A stretch of 64,000 bases of DNA, from assembly GCA_041653755.1 (NCBI GenBank), contig JBAZEU010000001.1:65398-129397 (forward strand), read 5' to 3'. Of this stretch, positions 40,076-49,648 are shown piece by piece; position 1 is the first letter of the stretch, and each line of letters begins with the position of its first letter. A model generated the notes under the pieces. The model was given only the letters and a program-made list of their open reading frames with translations. It was not told where the DNA came from and searched no databases. Source of the stretch: Minisyncoccota bacterium (lineage in GTDB: Bacteria; Patescibacteriota; Minisyncoccia; UBA6257; UBA9933). Made by a program: the position numbers and the translations under genes.

Positions 40076-41392
40076 TTGAATAAAATGAGGATTTTAATAA
40101 ATCAACTTAAAGAAAAAGTTGGTGAAAAGGTTAAAATTGCTGGTTGGGTGAATACGGTCAGAGATCAGAAAAAGATCAAGTTCATTTTGGTCAGAGACAT
40201 TACCGGTATTATTCAAGCCGTGGCTTTTGGGAACGAAAAATTAATGAAATTGATTGAATCTTTAAGCTTAGAGTCGGTTGTAGAAATTGAAGGGATTGTA
40301 AAGGCAGAGAAACAAGCGCCCGGCGGAATTGAAATTGGCGTAGAAAATATAAAAGTTCTTTCTGAAGCCGCTCCTGAATTGCCGATACCAGTGGTAGAAA
40401 AAACGGCAGGGGAAACAGAAATGCAGAAAAGAATGGATTGGCGTTGGCTTGATCTTAGAAAGCCAGAAAAACAGCTTGTTTTTAAGGTATGGACAGCGAT
40501 GGAACAAGCTTTTAGAAAATATTGTGTTGGGAATAATTATATTGAAATTCATTCTCCAAAACTTATGAGCAGTCCTAGCGAATCTGGAGCTGAATTATTT
40601 GAGGTTAAGTATTTTGATAGAAAAGCTTATCTCGCTCAGTCGCCGCAATTTTATAAACAAATGGCGATGGCTTCTGGTTTTGAAAAAGTTTTTGAAGTTG
40701 GACCGATTTTCAGGGCTAATCCTTCTTTTACATCAAGACATGATACTGAATTTACTGGATACGACATTGAAATATCGTTCGTTGAATCACATTTTGATGT
40801 AATGAATGAAGAAGAAAGATTCATAGTCGAGATGATGAAATCTGTTCGAGAAAAATATGGCCAAGAGATAAAGGATATTTACGGAGTTGAAATCATAGTT
40901 CCTGAAACTCCTTTCCCGAGAGTTACCATGAAAGAAGCAAAAGAAATTCTAAAAAAATTAAAAGTGCCGAGCGAAAGCGAGGGTGATTTAATGCCGGAAG
41001 AAGAAAGAGAGTTGAGTGGTTATATTAAGGATAAAGAAAATCATGAATTTGTTTTTATCACTGATTATCCAAAAACGGTTAGACCTTTTTATCATATGAG
41101 ATATGAAGAGAATCCTGGAATAACAAAAAGTTTTGATTTATTATTTAAAGGACTTGAAATTACTACTGGCGCTCAAAGAGAACACAGATATAATGTTTTA
41201 TTAGAGCAAGCCAAAGAAAAAAAATTAAAACCAGAGTCAATTAATTTCTATTTGAACTTTTTCAAGTATGGTTGCCCTCCCCACGGCGGTCTTGGCTTCG
41301 GTCCAACAAGATTCTTGATGCAATTATTGAATATATCCAACGTAAGAGAGGTCACTTATCTTTATAGAGGAGTGAAACGATTAGAGCCGTAA
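40076..41392 (+). CDS. aspS: aspartate--tRNA ligase, compact archaeal/non-discriminating type
   Basis: 438 aa, N-terminal OB fold, class II motifs (FRAN, GLGFGPTR). Confidence 0.85.
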   Translation: MNKMRILINQLKEKVGEKVKIAGWVNTVRDQKKIKFILVRDITGIIQAVAFGNEKLMKLIESLSLESVVEIEGIVKAEKQAPGGIEIGVENIKVLSEAAPELPIPVVEKTAGETEMQKRMDWRWLDLRKPEKQLVFKVWTAMEQAFRKYCVGNNYIEIHSPKLMSSPSESGAELFEVKYFDRKAYLAQSPQFYKQMAMASGFEKVFEVGPIFRANPSFTSRHDTEFTGYDIEISFVESHFDVMNEEERFIVEMMKSVREKYGQEIKDIYGVEIIVPETPFPRVTMKEAKEILKKLKVPSESEGDLMPEEERELSGYIKDKENHEFVFITDYPKTVRPFYHMRYEENPGITKSFDLLFKGLEITTGAQREHRYNVLLEQAKEKKLKPESINFYLNFFKYGCPPHGGLGFGPTRFLMQLLNISNVREVTYLYRGVKRLEP

Positions 41393-41465
41393 AATCGTAT
41401 TTGACAAACTCGTAAAAAGTTATAAAACCGATTGACTTTTTTGAGAGAGAATTCGACAATTAAGG

Positions 41466-41601
41466 TGGTCCTGTCTATAGATTTTCGGATCAAATTGGAT
41501 TTTATGGGAAAGCAAATTTTTTAAACCTCCGGGTTTAAAATGCGCTTACCCACCTGGTTTTAGCCGGAAAATCCGCTAGACAGGGCCTTTTGGTTTTTAA
41601 G
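41466..41601 (+). other. structured intergenic element (possible small RNA / bidirectional terminator)
   Basis: GGTCCTGTCTA...TAGACAGGGCC 11-bp helix enclosing ~95 nt with nested stems, followed by TTTTGGTTTTT; lies between convergent aspS and SDR genes. Confidence 0.25.
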
Positions 41602-41618
41602 AGATAGATTTTAAGCGG

Positions 41619-42398
41619 TTATTTAATTGTCCAGCCGCCGTCAACTACTAGAACTTGTCCGGTCATATAATCGGACTCATCAGAAGCCAAATAAAGGGCT
41701 GCGTTGGCGATATCTTCTGGTTCGCCAAGCCGTCCAGTAGGAATTTGAGACAAAGTATTCTGCAGGGTTTGCGGGTCGTTTTCTATTCCTTTTGTCATCT
41801 CGGTTTTTATGACTCCCGGCGCGATACAATTCACGTTTATTTTTTTTGAAGCATAATCTAAAGCCATTGCTCTGGTTAGAGCAATTACTCCGCCTTTTGC
41901 GGCGCAATAATGGGGGAGAGTATTAAATCCTACAAGAGCGGCAACAGAAGCGGTATTGATAATTTTCCCCTTACCTTGTTTTAACATTTCGGGCAGGACT
42001 TCTTTTGAACACAAATAAACACTTTTTAGATCAACATTAATCATTTTATCCCATACCTCTTCGGTTAATTCGTGGAGTAATCCATTACTAACAATGCCTG
42101 CGTTGTTTGTCATAATATCGATTTTGCCAAAAGTATCTAAACAGGTCTTAACCATATTTTTTACATCATTGGCATTGCTAACATCAACTTTCACGAAAAT
42201 TGCTTTCCCGGCACCGAAATTTTTCTCGATTTGGGAAATTGTTTCTTTACCTCCTTCTTCTGACCAGTCAGCCACAATTACTTTTGCACCTTCTCTGACG
42301 AAAGTTAAGGCAATACCTCTGCCAATTCCTGATCCAGCTCCGGTTATAATTGCTACTTTGTTTTCTAGTCGCATATTTTTATTCTTTACAACAATCAA
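41619..42398 (-). CDS. short-chain dehydrogenase/reductase (FabG-like)
   Basis: ITGAGSGIGRGIAL, catalytic YxxxK (YCAAKGG), NNAG. Confidence 0.85.
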   Translation of the reverse strand: MIVVKNKNMRLENKVAIITGAGSGIGRGIALTFVREGAKVIVADWSEEGGKETISQIEKNFGAGKAIFVKVDVSNANDVKNMVKTCLDTFGKIDIMTNNAGIVSNGLLHELTEEVWDKMINVDLKSVYLCSKEVLPEMLKQGKGKIINTASVAALVGFNTLPHYCAAKGGVIALTRAMALDYASKKINVNCIAPGVIKTEMTKGIENDPQTLQNTLSQIPTGRLGEPEDIANAALYLASDESDYMTGQVLVVDGGWTIK

Positions 42399-42903
42399 TT
42401 AATTTTTTAACTACTTCGCTAAGCTTGGCGAAGACCCCCGACTTTTGAGAATCTTGTTTGTTTAACTGTCCGTCTTCTAATTTTTTAACTTCACCGATAT
42501 TAATGGTTTTCAGATTTATACCCCAAAATAGTGAGTATAAATTATATGATTTTTCAAAAAGACCCTTTGCTTTTTCATCGTTACCTTTATGTAATTCTTT
42601 CGTGCCAACCTCGTAAAGTCGCATAGAAGCTGCTAATAAATGCTTAGAAATACACCAAACTTCACCTTCATAGTCTTTAACGATTTCTTTAAGTAGGGAT
42701 TTTCGTATTTCGCGCACTTCGTTCAACAAATCGAAATATTTATCTTTTTCGGTTTTTTTCGCGGTGAAGAAAAAATGTTCTTCCAAGCTGACCAGATTCA
42801 TTATGGCAATGCTTAAATCTTCATCAGACGAAAGATCCAATTTTTCTTTTTTGGCTTCTTTCTCAACTCTTTTTATGAAATTTTCGTAATTTTTAGAGTC
42901 CAT
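42379..42903 (-). CDS. hypothetical protein
   Basis: 174 aa, no recognisable motif. Confidence 0.4.
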   Translation of the reverse strand: MDSKNYENFIKRVEKEAKKEKLDLSSDEDLSIAIMNLVSLEEHFFFTAKKTEKDKYFDLLNEVREIRKSLLKEIVKDYEGEVWCISKHLLAASMRLYEVGTKELHKGNDEKAKGLFEKSYNLYSLFWGINLKTINIGEVKKLEDGQLNKQDSQKSGVFAKLSEVVKKLIDCCKE

Positions 42904-42910
42904 TTATGTT

Positions 42911-43453
42911 CTATAGTCCGAATTTTTGTAACGGGTCGCATTTCGTAATAAAATGGAAAATTAAACTGGCAGTGAGAAGCAAAACAATCGGCACGACAAC
43001 TCTTTGGTAGGGGAAATAAACTTTTCCGTTATGTTTTTTCTTTAACCATTCATTAAGCAGAAATCCGATGGTAAACGTGATGCTTCCGAAAAACATTCCA
43101 ATAATTAGTTTATCATAGCCCCAAATTTTTGAACAACCCGGATAAAATACCATTTTCTTCCAATAAAGCGTCAAAATTGTGATGGCATAATAAAAAATAA
43201 AAACGATAATTTTTCTGAAAAGGAAACGGATATTTTTCTTTCTAAGCCAGTTGATTGTCCATAAAGACAAGGAAACAACCAATGCGCCGATCCAAATGCC
43301 GGAAATCGTGTCGTCAACGCCAAGCCAGCGGGAAAGTTCAACTCCGCCAATAACAGCAAAAGTACAAACCGGGCAAACAGCCAAGGTTTTTAAGGGAATT
43401 AATAGGGTTGCAAAAGGTACGGCTAAAAGCGGTAAAAACTTTTTCATTTTCAT
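42911..43453 (-). CDS. hypothetical polytopic membrane protein
   Basis: 4-5 predicted TM helices, CPVC near N-terminus. Confidence 0.4.
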   Translation of the reverse strand: MKMKKFLPLLAVPFATLLIPLKTLAVCPVCTFAVIGGVELSRWLGVDDTISGIWIGALVVSLSLWTINWLRKKNIRFLFRKIIVFIFYYAITILTLYWKKMVFYPGCSKIWGYDKLIIGMFFGSITFTIGFLLNEWLKKKHNGKVYFPYQRVVVPIVLLLTASLIFHFITKCDPLQKFGL

Positions 43454-43465
43454 ATTCTTATTATA

Positions 43466-44638
43466 TCAAATAATCACGCCGTTTCCGAGACAAACGTTTT
43501 TGTCGTAGAATACCGCGAATTGGCCCGGGGTAGGGGAGAAAACAGGTTTTTTGAAGATAAGTTTTAATTTTTTGCCTTGCGGGATTATTTTTGCCGGAAA
43601 TAATTCTTGATGATAACGAGTTTTAGCTAAAACATTGATTGGTTTTTTCAACTTCTCTCCGGAGATTAAATGGTATGGCGATAAAAGAATTTCTTTTTTG
43701 AATAGTTTATTCTTGTCTTTCGTAGCGTAGACAACATTCTTTTTCTTATCAAAACCGAAGACAAAATATGGGCCATTTGAAATATTTATTCCTTTTCGCT
43801 GGCCAAGGGTGAAAAAGTGTCTACCTTTATGTTGGCCGATTATTTTTCCGTTTTCATTAATAATGTTTCCTGGTTTTTCACCGATTTTTTGTTTTAGAAA
43901 AGCAGGTAATGATTTTCCGGAAACGAAACAAAAATCCTGACTTTGCCTTATTTTTTCGAAAAATTTAAAACCCCTGCCTTCCGGCAGGCAGGATTCTCTT
44001 TTCGCAATTTTATAGACGTCTTTTTTGGTCAAATCGCCAAGCGGTAAGATTATCTTTGCTAAATCTTTTTGTGATAATCCGGATAGCATGTAACTTTGGT
44101 CTTTTTTGGTGTCTTTTGCTATCAAAAGTTCAAATTTTCTGCATTCTGCCTGCCTGCCGGTAGGCAAGGCATTCTTAATTTTTAATTCGCGTATGCGTAT
44201 GCGCGTGTAGTGACCGGTGGCAACATAATTCGCTCCCATTTTTTTCGCAACCTCAAAAAGTTTCTGGAATTTAAAATCCCGATTGCAAACAACGCATGGA
44301 TTAGGCGTTCTATTATTTTTTAATTCCGAAACAAAATAATTTACGATTTTTTTTGTGAAATCTTTTTGGCAGTCGATTATAAAATAGGGGATATCCAGTT
44401 TTTTACAAATTAACTTGGCGACATTCATGGATTCTGTCGTACAGCAAACATTTTCCCGTAAGAGATTCTTTTTATTCTCCCAAACCGGTAGTTTCAAGGT
44501 AACTCCAATGGGCTCCCAGCCCTGTTTTTTGAGCAACAGCAAAGCCACCGACGAATCCACCCCACCAGACATACCAACTACAACCCTTCGGTAGCGCTCA
44601 GGGCAAGTTTTTTTATTTCTTTTTTGATTCGTAGTCAT
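43466..44638 (-). CDS. mnmA: tRNA 2-thiouridine(34) synthase
   Basis: PP-loop VVVGMSGGVDSSVA, catalytic Cys region, 390 aa; downstream of iscS-iscU. Confidence 0.85.
   Translation of the reverse strand: MTTNQKRNKKTCPERYRRVVVGMSGGVDSSVALLLLKKQGWEPIGVTLKLPVWENKKNLLRENVCCTTESMNVAKLICKKLDIPYFIIDCQKDFTKKIVNYFVSELKNNRTPNPCVVCNRDFKFQKLFEVAKKMGANYVATGHYTRIRIRELKIKNALPTGRQAECRKFELLIAKDTKKDQSYMLSGLSQKDLAKIILPLGDLTKKDVYKIAKRESCLPEGRGFKFFEKIRQSQDFCFVSGKSLPAFLKQKIGEKPGNIINENGKIIGQHKGRHFFTLGQRKGINISNGPYFVFGFDKKKNVVYATKDKNKLFKKEILLSPYHLISGEKLKKPINVLAKTRYHQELFPAKIIPQGKKLKLIFKKPVFSPTPGQFAVFYDKNVCLGNGVII
43978..43997. repeat. 20-bp palindrome CCTGCCTTCCGGCAGGCAGG inside mnmA CDS (copy 2)
   Basis: exact match to 21843 copy; encodes LPEGR on gene strand. 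Confidence 0.7.
44147..44167. repeat. palindrome variant GCCTGCCTGCCGGTAGGCAAG inside mnmA CDS (copy 3), flanked by 7-bp direct repeat GCATTCT
   Basis: seen directly; encodes LPTGRQ. Confidence 0.6.
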
Positions 44639-45020
44639 TTATTGCTTCTTTTAGCGCGTCCATTGCCAAAAACGAACAGTGAATTTTTAATGGCGGAACA
44701 TTACCAAGTTTTTTAATCAAATCCTTTTGAGTTAATTTCATGGCTTGCTTTAACGGTTTTCCTTTAATCATTTCGGTTAAGACACTGCTGTTAGCGATAG
44801 CAACGGCGCAACCCAGGGTTTGGAATTTTACGTCTTTTATTGTTTTCTCACCGTTTTTATCAACACCAACCTTTATATATAACCACAAAACATCGCCGCA
44901 AACAGGATTTCCAACTTTTCCCAAACCGTCGTAATTTTTCATCACACCGACATTCTTCGGTTTCAGAAAATATTTCATTATTTCTTTTGAATAGATATCT
45001 TTTTGTTTCATTTTTTCCAA
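44613..45020 (-). CDS. iscU: Fe-S cluster assembly scaffold (IscU/NifU N-terminal domain)
   Basis: NPVCGD, LGCAVA scaffold-cysteine motifs; 135 aa. Confidence 0.8.
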   Translation of the reverse strand: MEKMKQKDIYSKEIMKYFLKPKNVGVMKNYDGLGKVGNPVCGDVLWLYIKVGVDKNGEKTIKDVKFQTLGCAVAIANSSVLTEMIKGKPLKQAMKLTQKDLIKKLGNVPPLKIHCSFLAMDALKEAINDYESKKK

Positions 45021-46210
45021 AAAGGAGAAATTTTTCGTAAATCGCTTACGACTTTTTTAATCGATTTTATTAAATAGTCTACATCTTTTTCTTTCGTAAA
45101 TCTTCCCAATGTAATTCTTATTGCGCCATGGGCTTGTTCTGGTTTCAAGCCGCAGGCCAATAAAACATGTGACGGTTGTAACTTTGGTGAAGCGCAAGCA
45201 GAGGCAGTCGAGACAGCGATGCCCAATCCATTTAGTCGAGCGGCGAGTGATTCGCCTTCAACCGCGTCAAAACGAATATTTACATTATTCGACAATCGAT
45301 TTTTTGCGTCGCCATTTAAATAAGAACGGGGGATTGTTTTTAGAATTTCTTTCACAATTTTATCTCGTAGCTTAGCTTGCCGATCCAATTCTTTTTTTGA
45401 TTCTTTTTGACAAATTTCTACGGCCTTAGCGAATCCGACAATCGCCGGAATATTTACAGTTGAAGAACGCAGCCCGAACTCTTGTTCTCCTCCGTGCAAA
45501 ATCGGTTCTATTTTTATTCCATCTTTTATATAAAGAAGAGCTGCGCCTTTTGGCCCGTACATTTTATGAGATGAAGCAGTAAGCAAATCTATATTCATTT
45601 TTTTTACGTCAATCGGGATTTTACCAAAGGACTGGGCGGCGTCAGTGTGGAATAAAACTTTTTTCTGTCGGCATATTTTTCCTATTTCAACGATTGGCTG
45701 AATTGTTCCAATTTCGTTGTTGGCGTGCATTACTGAGACCAAAATTGTATCTTTTCTGATAGCTTTTTTAACATCGTTTGGATTTACGATTCCGTTTTTA
45801 TCAACTGGGACAATTGTGATTTTAAAACTCCTGCCTGCCGGTAGGCATGGGTTTTTGGCCAGCCACTTGGCAGTTTCTATAATACAAGCGTGTTCAATTG
45901 AAGAAATTATTATGTGGCCTGGCGACCCGCCTTCGCCAAGGCTTCGGTGGGCAAGGGCGACACCCTTTAATGCTAAATTATTACTTTCGGTAGCAGAGCC
46001 GGTGAAAATTACTTCTTTTGGATTGGCGTTTAAAGATTTAGCGATAATTCTTCGGCTTTGTTTTAAAGCTTCGAGAGCCTCAACGCCGAAGCTATGCAAA
46101 GACGCGCAATTGCCGAATTTGTCGGAGAAATACGGCAGCATCGCTTCTAAAACCCGTGAATCAACCGGCGTCGTAGAGGCGTAATCAAGATATATTTTTT
46201 TCTTAGCCAT
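45008..46210 (-). CDS. iscS: cysteine desulfurase (NifS/IscS family)
   Basis: class V aminotransferase fold, PLP-lysine SSHKMYGPKG, catalytic Cys loop STASACAS. Confidence 0.85.
   Translation of the reverse strand: MAKKKIYLDYASTTPVDSRVLEAMLPYFSDKFGNCASLHSFGVEALEALKQSRRIIAKSLNANPKEVIFTGSATESNNLALKGVALAHRSLGEGGSPGHIIISSIEHACIIETAKWLAKNPCLPAGRSFKITIVPVDKNGIVNPNDVKKAIRKDTILVSVMHANNEIGTIQPIVEIGKICRQKKVLFHTDAAQSFGKIPIDVKKMNIDLLTASSHKMYGPKGAALLYIKDGIKIEPILHGGEQEFGLRSSTVNIPAIVGFAKAVEICQKESKKELDRQAKLRDKIVKEILKTIPRSYLNGDAKNRLSNNVNIRFDAVEGESLAARLNGLGIAVSTASACASPKLQPSHVLLACGLKPEQAHGAIRITLGRFTKEKDVDYLIKSIKKVVSDLRKISPFWKK
45829..45849. repeat. palindrome variant CCTGCCTGCCGGTAGGCATGG inside iscS CDS (copy 4)
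   Basis: extended by AAAAC/GTTTT flanks; encodes LPAGR. Confidence 0.6.
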
Positions 46211-46212
46211 AT

Positions 46213-46668
46213 TTAAAAACTCATTTCCTCGCCAATTAATACTTTATTTTTTTGAACAAAGCCGGCATTGACTTCCAAAACATATTTTGCCGGCAAAATT
46301 GATTTATAAGAAGGGCAAAGGGTTTGTGAGCAGGGGAGGAAGTTTTCTTTAATGTCTACGATTTTTTTATCTTTTGAAATGAAAATTAAATCTAATGGGA
46401 TTTTTGTGTTTTTCATCCAAAAAGATCGATAGGCCTCGTTTGGAAAAGTAAAAAGCATTCCTTTATTTTCATCAAGTGATTTTCTAAACATTAAGCCCTT
46501 TGCCAATTGATAGGGATTTTTAGCGGTTTCAGCTTGGATATTCAGGTTGTGTTGTGGGAAAGAAACTGGCGTTATCTTTATTTTTTGTAACACACTGTAA
46601 AAAGCAAAAAAGAAAAAAATTAAGATTAGCAATATTAATGCGGCGAATATTTTATTGAGATTTAACAT
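46213..46668 (-). CDS. DUF192 domain protein
   Basis: N-terminal TM plus DUF192-like MLFTFP...IPLDLIF motifs. Confidence 0.6.
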   Translation of the reverse strand: MLNLNKIFAALILLILIFFFFAFYSVLQKIKITPVSFPQHNLNIQAETAKNPYQLAKGLMFRKSLDENKGMLFTFPNEAYRSFWMKNTKIPLDLIFISKDKKIVDIKENFLPCSQTLCPSYKSILPAKYVLEVNAGFVQKNKVLIGEEMSF

Positions 46669-46679
46669 ATATAATTTTG

Positions 46680-46750
46680 TCGGGCTGCCGGGAATCGAAC
46701 CCGGGCCGCACCCACCCCAAGGGTGTATACTGCCGTTATACTACAGCCCG
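46680..46750 (-). tRNA. tRNA-Pro (anticodon GGG)
   Basis: manual cloverleaf: acceptor CGGGCTG/CAGCCCG, anticodon stem CACCC/GGGTG loop TTGGGGT, T-arm CCGGG-TTCGATT-CCCGG; no encoded CCA. Confidence 0.8.
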
Positions 46751-46864
46751 TTAATGATCTTAATCCATTAAATTTACACCTTTCTGGCCTTATTTCAAAG
46801 AAATAGAGGAAGAATTAGGCTGTTGACATAGGGTTGCGATGTTCTAAGCTTACTATAGGAGCCA

Positions 46865-47539
46865 ATGCTAAAATGGCTATTAAAATTAAAGGTCGAAGTT
46901 AAAAAATCTTTAATCATGATAAAAAAATCTTATTTCACGTATTTTTGTTTGACTGTTCTTCTTCTGTCAGCGCTTCTAGTGTCCGGTATCTGCGTGGCCA
47001 ATGCGCAAAACGATAATCATAATCAGCCTGACGAAATACAAAAATTAGGGGTCGGTGCGATCAAAGTTTATACGATCGGCACAAGCACAGACGAAATAAA
47101 TGTTTCTTCTTCTATCGGGAAAGATATAAAAATACATAAAGGAAACGGTAGTTCTACAGAAATTTATTCTGATCACGTTTTTGCGACTACTACTTTAGAG
47201 GTAGAAGTAAAAGTAGAAAAGTTATCGACTTCAACAAGTTCGACCTTGAACGTTAAATTGTCGAATGGAAGAAAAGCAGAAGTTAAAATTATGCCGAATC
47301 AGGCCTCAGAGGTGGCTATAAAAAGATTGGGCGATTTAGGGTTTAACGTCCAGTTGAGGGAGGCATCTTCAACAACAGCTTCGTCAACGATTGTTTATGA
47401 ATTAGATGGTCATAAACAGGTTAGATTATTAGGATTGTTTAGGGTGAATATGTTGGTGAAGGCAACCGTGAACGCTGAAGACGGTACGGTTGTTTCTGTA
47501 GCGAGGCCGTGGTGGAGTTTCTTATCCTCTGGCAAATAA
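46865..47539 (+). CDS. hypothetical secreted protein (likely start at 46916, signal peptide)
   Basis: MIKKSYFTYFCLTVLLLSALLVSGICVANA signal-peptide-like segment. Confidence 0.45.
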   Translation: MLKWLLKLKVEVKKSLIMIKKSYFTYFCLTVLLLSALLVSGICVANAQNDNHNQPDEIQKLGVGAIKVYTIGTSTDEINVSSSIGKDIKIHKGNGSSTEIYSDHVFATTTLEVEVKVEKLSTSTSSTLNVKLSNGRKAEVKIMPNQASEVAIKRLGDLGFNVQLREASSTTASSTIVYELDGHKQVRLLGLFRVNMLVKATVNAEDGTVVSVARPWWSFLSSGK

Positions 47540-47551
47540 AGAATTAAATTA

Positions 47552-47582
47552 AAAATCCCCCGATGTTTATCGGGGGATTTTT
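47552..47582. terminator. bidirectional rho-independent terminator
   Basis: AATCCCCCGAT-gttt-ATCGGGGGATT flanked by A-run and T-run; between convergent genes. Confidence 0.65.
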
Positions 47583-47607
47583 AAACTTTGCAGCCACTGC
47601 AAAGTTT
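47583..47607. repeat. second perfect hairpin AAACTTTGCAG-cca-CTGCAAAGTTT overlapping rpmB stop
   Basis: seen directly, 11-bp arms. Confidence 0.5.
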
Positions 47608-47794
47608 AAGCTTTTTTAGCTGATTTTTTGATACAGCGAGTGCAAACCAAGGCGCGTTTGCCATTCGGAAGCTTAATTTTTTGCAGATTCGGATATTTTC
47701 TTTTATGAGTTGTTGGGTTATACTTACCTCGAAGCTTATTTCGTGAACCGCCCATAGTAGAACCTTTTTTGCAAGTTGAACATTGTCGCATAGT
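47606..47794 (-). CDS. rpmB: 50S ribosomal protein L28
   Basis: MRQCSTCKKGSTMGGSRNKLRG...PNLQ L28 signature; ORF-track N-terminal extension is hydrophobic junk. Confidence 0.8.
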   Translation of the reverse strand, partial: TMRQCSTCKKGSTMGGSRNKLRGKYNPTTHKRKYPNLQKIKLPNGKRALVCTRCIKKSAKKA

Positions 47795-47833
47795 TTTTAA
47801 ATAATAATAGAAATTGATAAAAATTGCAAGATA

Positions 47834-49024
47834 ATGGACGATAAAATACAAAACTTATTAACGAGAGGAACAGTGGATGTTATCCAGAGAGATAGTTTGG
47901 AGAAGAAATTAAATTCCGGGCAAAGATTGAGAATTAAGTTTGGCGCAGATCCAACGGCACCTGATTTACATTTAGGCCATTCTGTTTGCTTAAGGAAGCT
48001 TAAAGAATTTCAGGATTTGGGCCACGAAATAGTTTTTATTATTGGTGATTTTACTTCTAAAATTGGCGATCCTTCAGGACGGAATAAAGCCCGGCCGCAA
48101 CTAAGCGATGTCGAAATCAAGAAGAATACCCAAACCTATCTTAATCAGGTTGGGAAGATTTTAAATGTTCGGAAAGTAAAAATTTATAGAAATAGCCAGT
48201 GGTTTGCAAAAATGAGGTTGGCTGACGTTTTAGGCCTTACAGCGAAATTTACAACCGCGCAAATTTTAGAAAGAGACGATTTTGAAAAAAGAGCAGAAAA
48301 CGGGGCAGAAATATACCTTCTTGAAACTTTATACCCTTTGATGCAAGCGTACGATTCGGTAATGGTAAAAGCCGATGTTGAGATTGGCGGAAGCGATCAA
48401 ATTTTTAATATGCTGGCTGGCAGAGAGTTACAAAAGAAAATGGGCCGAGAGGTGCAAGATGTAATGACGATGCCTCTTTTAATTGGCTTGGACGGCAAAG
48501 AAAAAATGAGCAAAAGCTCGAAAAACTATGTTGGTATAGCTGAAATCCCGAAAGAACAATTCGGGAAATTAATGAGTTTGCCAGATGAGTTGATTGTTGA
48601 ATATATGAAATTATTAACAGATATTTCTGTTGAAGAAATTAATGATACAGAAAATAAAATAAAAGAGGGGAGCATGAATCCGCGAGACGCGAAAATAAAA
48701 TTAGCTCTTGAGATTGTACGTTTTTATCACAGCGAAGAAGCGGCTCAAAAAGCGAAAGATGAATTCGAAAGAGTTTTTTCTAAAAAAGAAATGCCTTTGG
48801 AAATGCCGACAATAGAGGTTTCTGGGAACAAAATAAATATCGTTGACTTTTTGGCAGAGAATAATTTAGTAGCGTCGAAAAGCGAAGCCAGAAGATTAGT
48901 TGAACAAAAAGGAGTAGAAATTGACGGGAATACAATCGAGGATTGGAAAGAAGATATAGAAATAAGAGATGGTTGTGTTATCCATGTTGGCAAAAGAAGA
49001 TTTATTAAAGTAAAAATTAAATAA
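47834..49024 (+). CDS. tyrS: tyrosine--tRNA ligase
   Basis: HIGH-type motif DLHLGH, KMSKS, C-terminal S4 domain. Confidence 0.9.
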   Translation: MDDKIQNLLTRGTVDVIQRDSLEKKLNSGQRLRIKFGADPTAPDLHLGHSVCLRKLKEFQDLGHEIVFIIGDFTSKIGDPSGRNKARPQLSDVEIKKNTQTYLNQVGKILNVRKVKIYRNSQWFAKMRLADVLGLTAKFTTAQILERDDFEKRAENGAEIYLLETLYPLMQAYDSVMVKADVEIGGSDQIFNMLAGRELQKKMGREVQDVMTMPLLIGLDGKEKMSKSSKNYVGIAEIPKEQFGKLMSLPDELIVEYMKLLTDISVEEINDTENKIKEGSMNPRDAKIKLALEIVRFYHSEEAAQKAKDEFERVFSKKEMPLEMPTIEVSGNKINIVDFLAENNLVASKSEARRLVEQKGVEIDGNTIEDWKEDIEIRDGCVIHVGKRRFIKVKIK

Positions 49025-49641
49025 TGTTCATAGTTTTTCAGCTCTTAGTTTTTCTTTTCTCTATCATTATCCATGAGGTAAGTCATGGCGCGATGGCTTA
49101 TCGGTTAGGGGATCCGACTGCCAAAAATATGGGCCGGCTGACTTTTAATCCTTTGAAGCATCTGGACTTATACGGTTCGGTATTATTGCCACTGGTTATC
49201 TTTTCTTTGTCCGGCGGAAGATTTATTTTCGGTTCAGCCAAGCCAGTGCCTTATAATCCTTATAATCTACGGGACAAAAAATTCGGTAATTTAAAAGTGG
49301 CGATTGCCGGTCCGGGCTCAAATTTCCTAATCGCTTTGATATTGGGATTAGTTATTAGATTTTTCGCTGGTCCGATTATGCTTTTAAGTTTCGGGAAGAT
49401 TTTTATCTCTTTAATCGCTTTTATCGTTTTCGTGAATCTTTTGCTTTTCTTGTTTAATCTTTTGCCGTTTCCGCCATTTGATGGTTCAAAAATCGTTTAT
49501 GATTTATTTCCGCGTCAGTGGGCGAGCGTAATGCGAATGGAACTTATTGGGATATTTTTAGGACTTTTCGTCGCTTATCTTTTCTTATCGCCCCTAACCA
49601 ATTTACTTTTTGGGTTGATAGTCGGACAGAGATATTTCTAA
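49024..49641 (+). CDS. site-2 protease family (M50) membrane metalloprotease
   Basis: HEVSHG HExxH motif in TM1, NLLPFPPFDG second zinc-ligand motif. Confidence 0.65.
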   Translation: MFIVFQLLVFLFSIIIHEVSHGAMAYRLGDPTAKNMGRLTFNPLKHLDLYGSVLLPLVIFSLSGGRFIFGSAKPVPYNPYNLRDKKFGNLKVAIAGPGSNFLIALILGLVIRFFAGPIMLLSFGKIFISLIAFIVFVNLLLFLFNLLPFPPFDGSKIVYDLFPRQWASVMRMELIGIFLGLFVAYLFLSPLTNLLFGLIVGQRYF

Positions 49642-49648
49642 GACGTTA

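Noticed and set aside
41466-41601. SRP RNA, tmRNA or RNase P RNA in the aspS-SDR intergenic region
   Set aside because: Neither strand shows the SRP domain IV AGCAGC / GGAA motif arrangement. A GAAUUCGAC resemblance to the tmRNA 5' end is not accompanied by a tRNA-like 3' end. The region is far too short for RNase P RNA.
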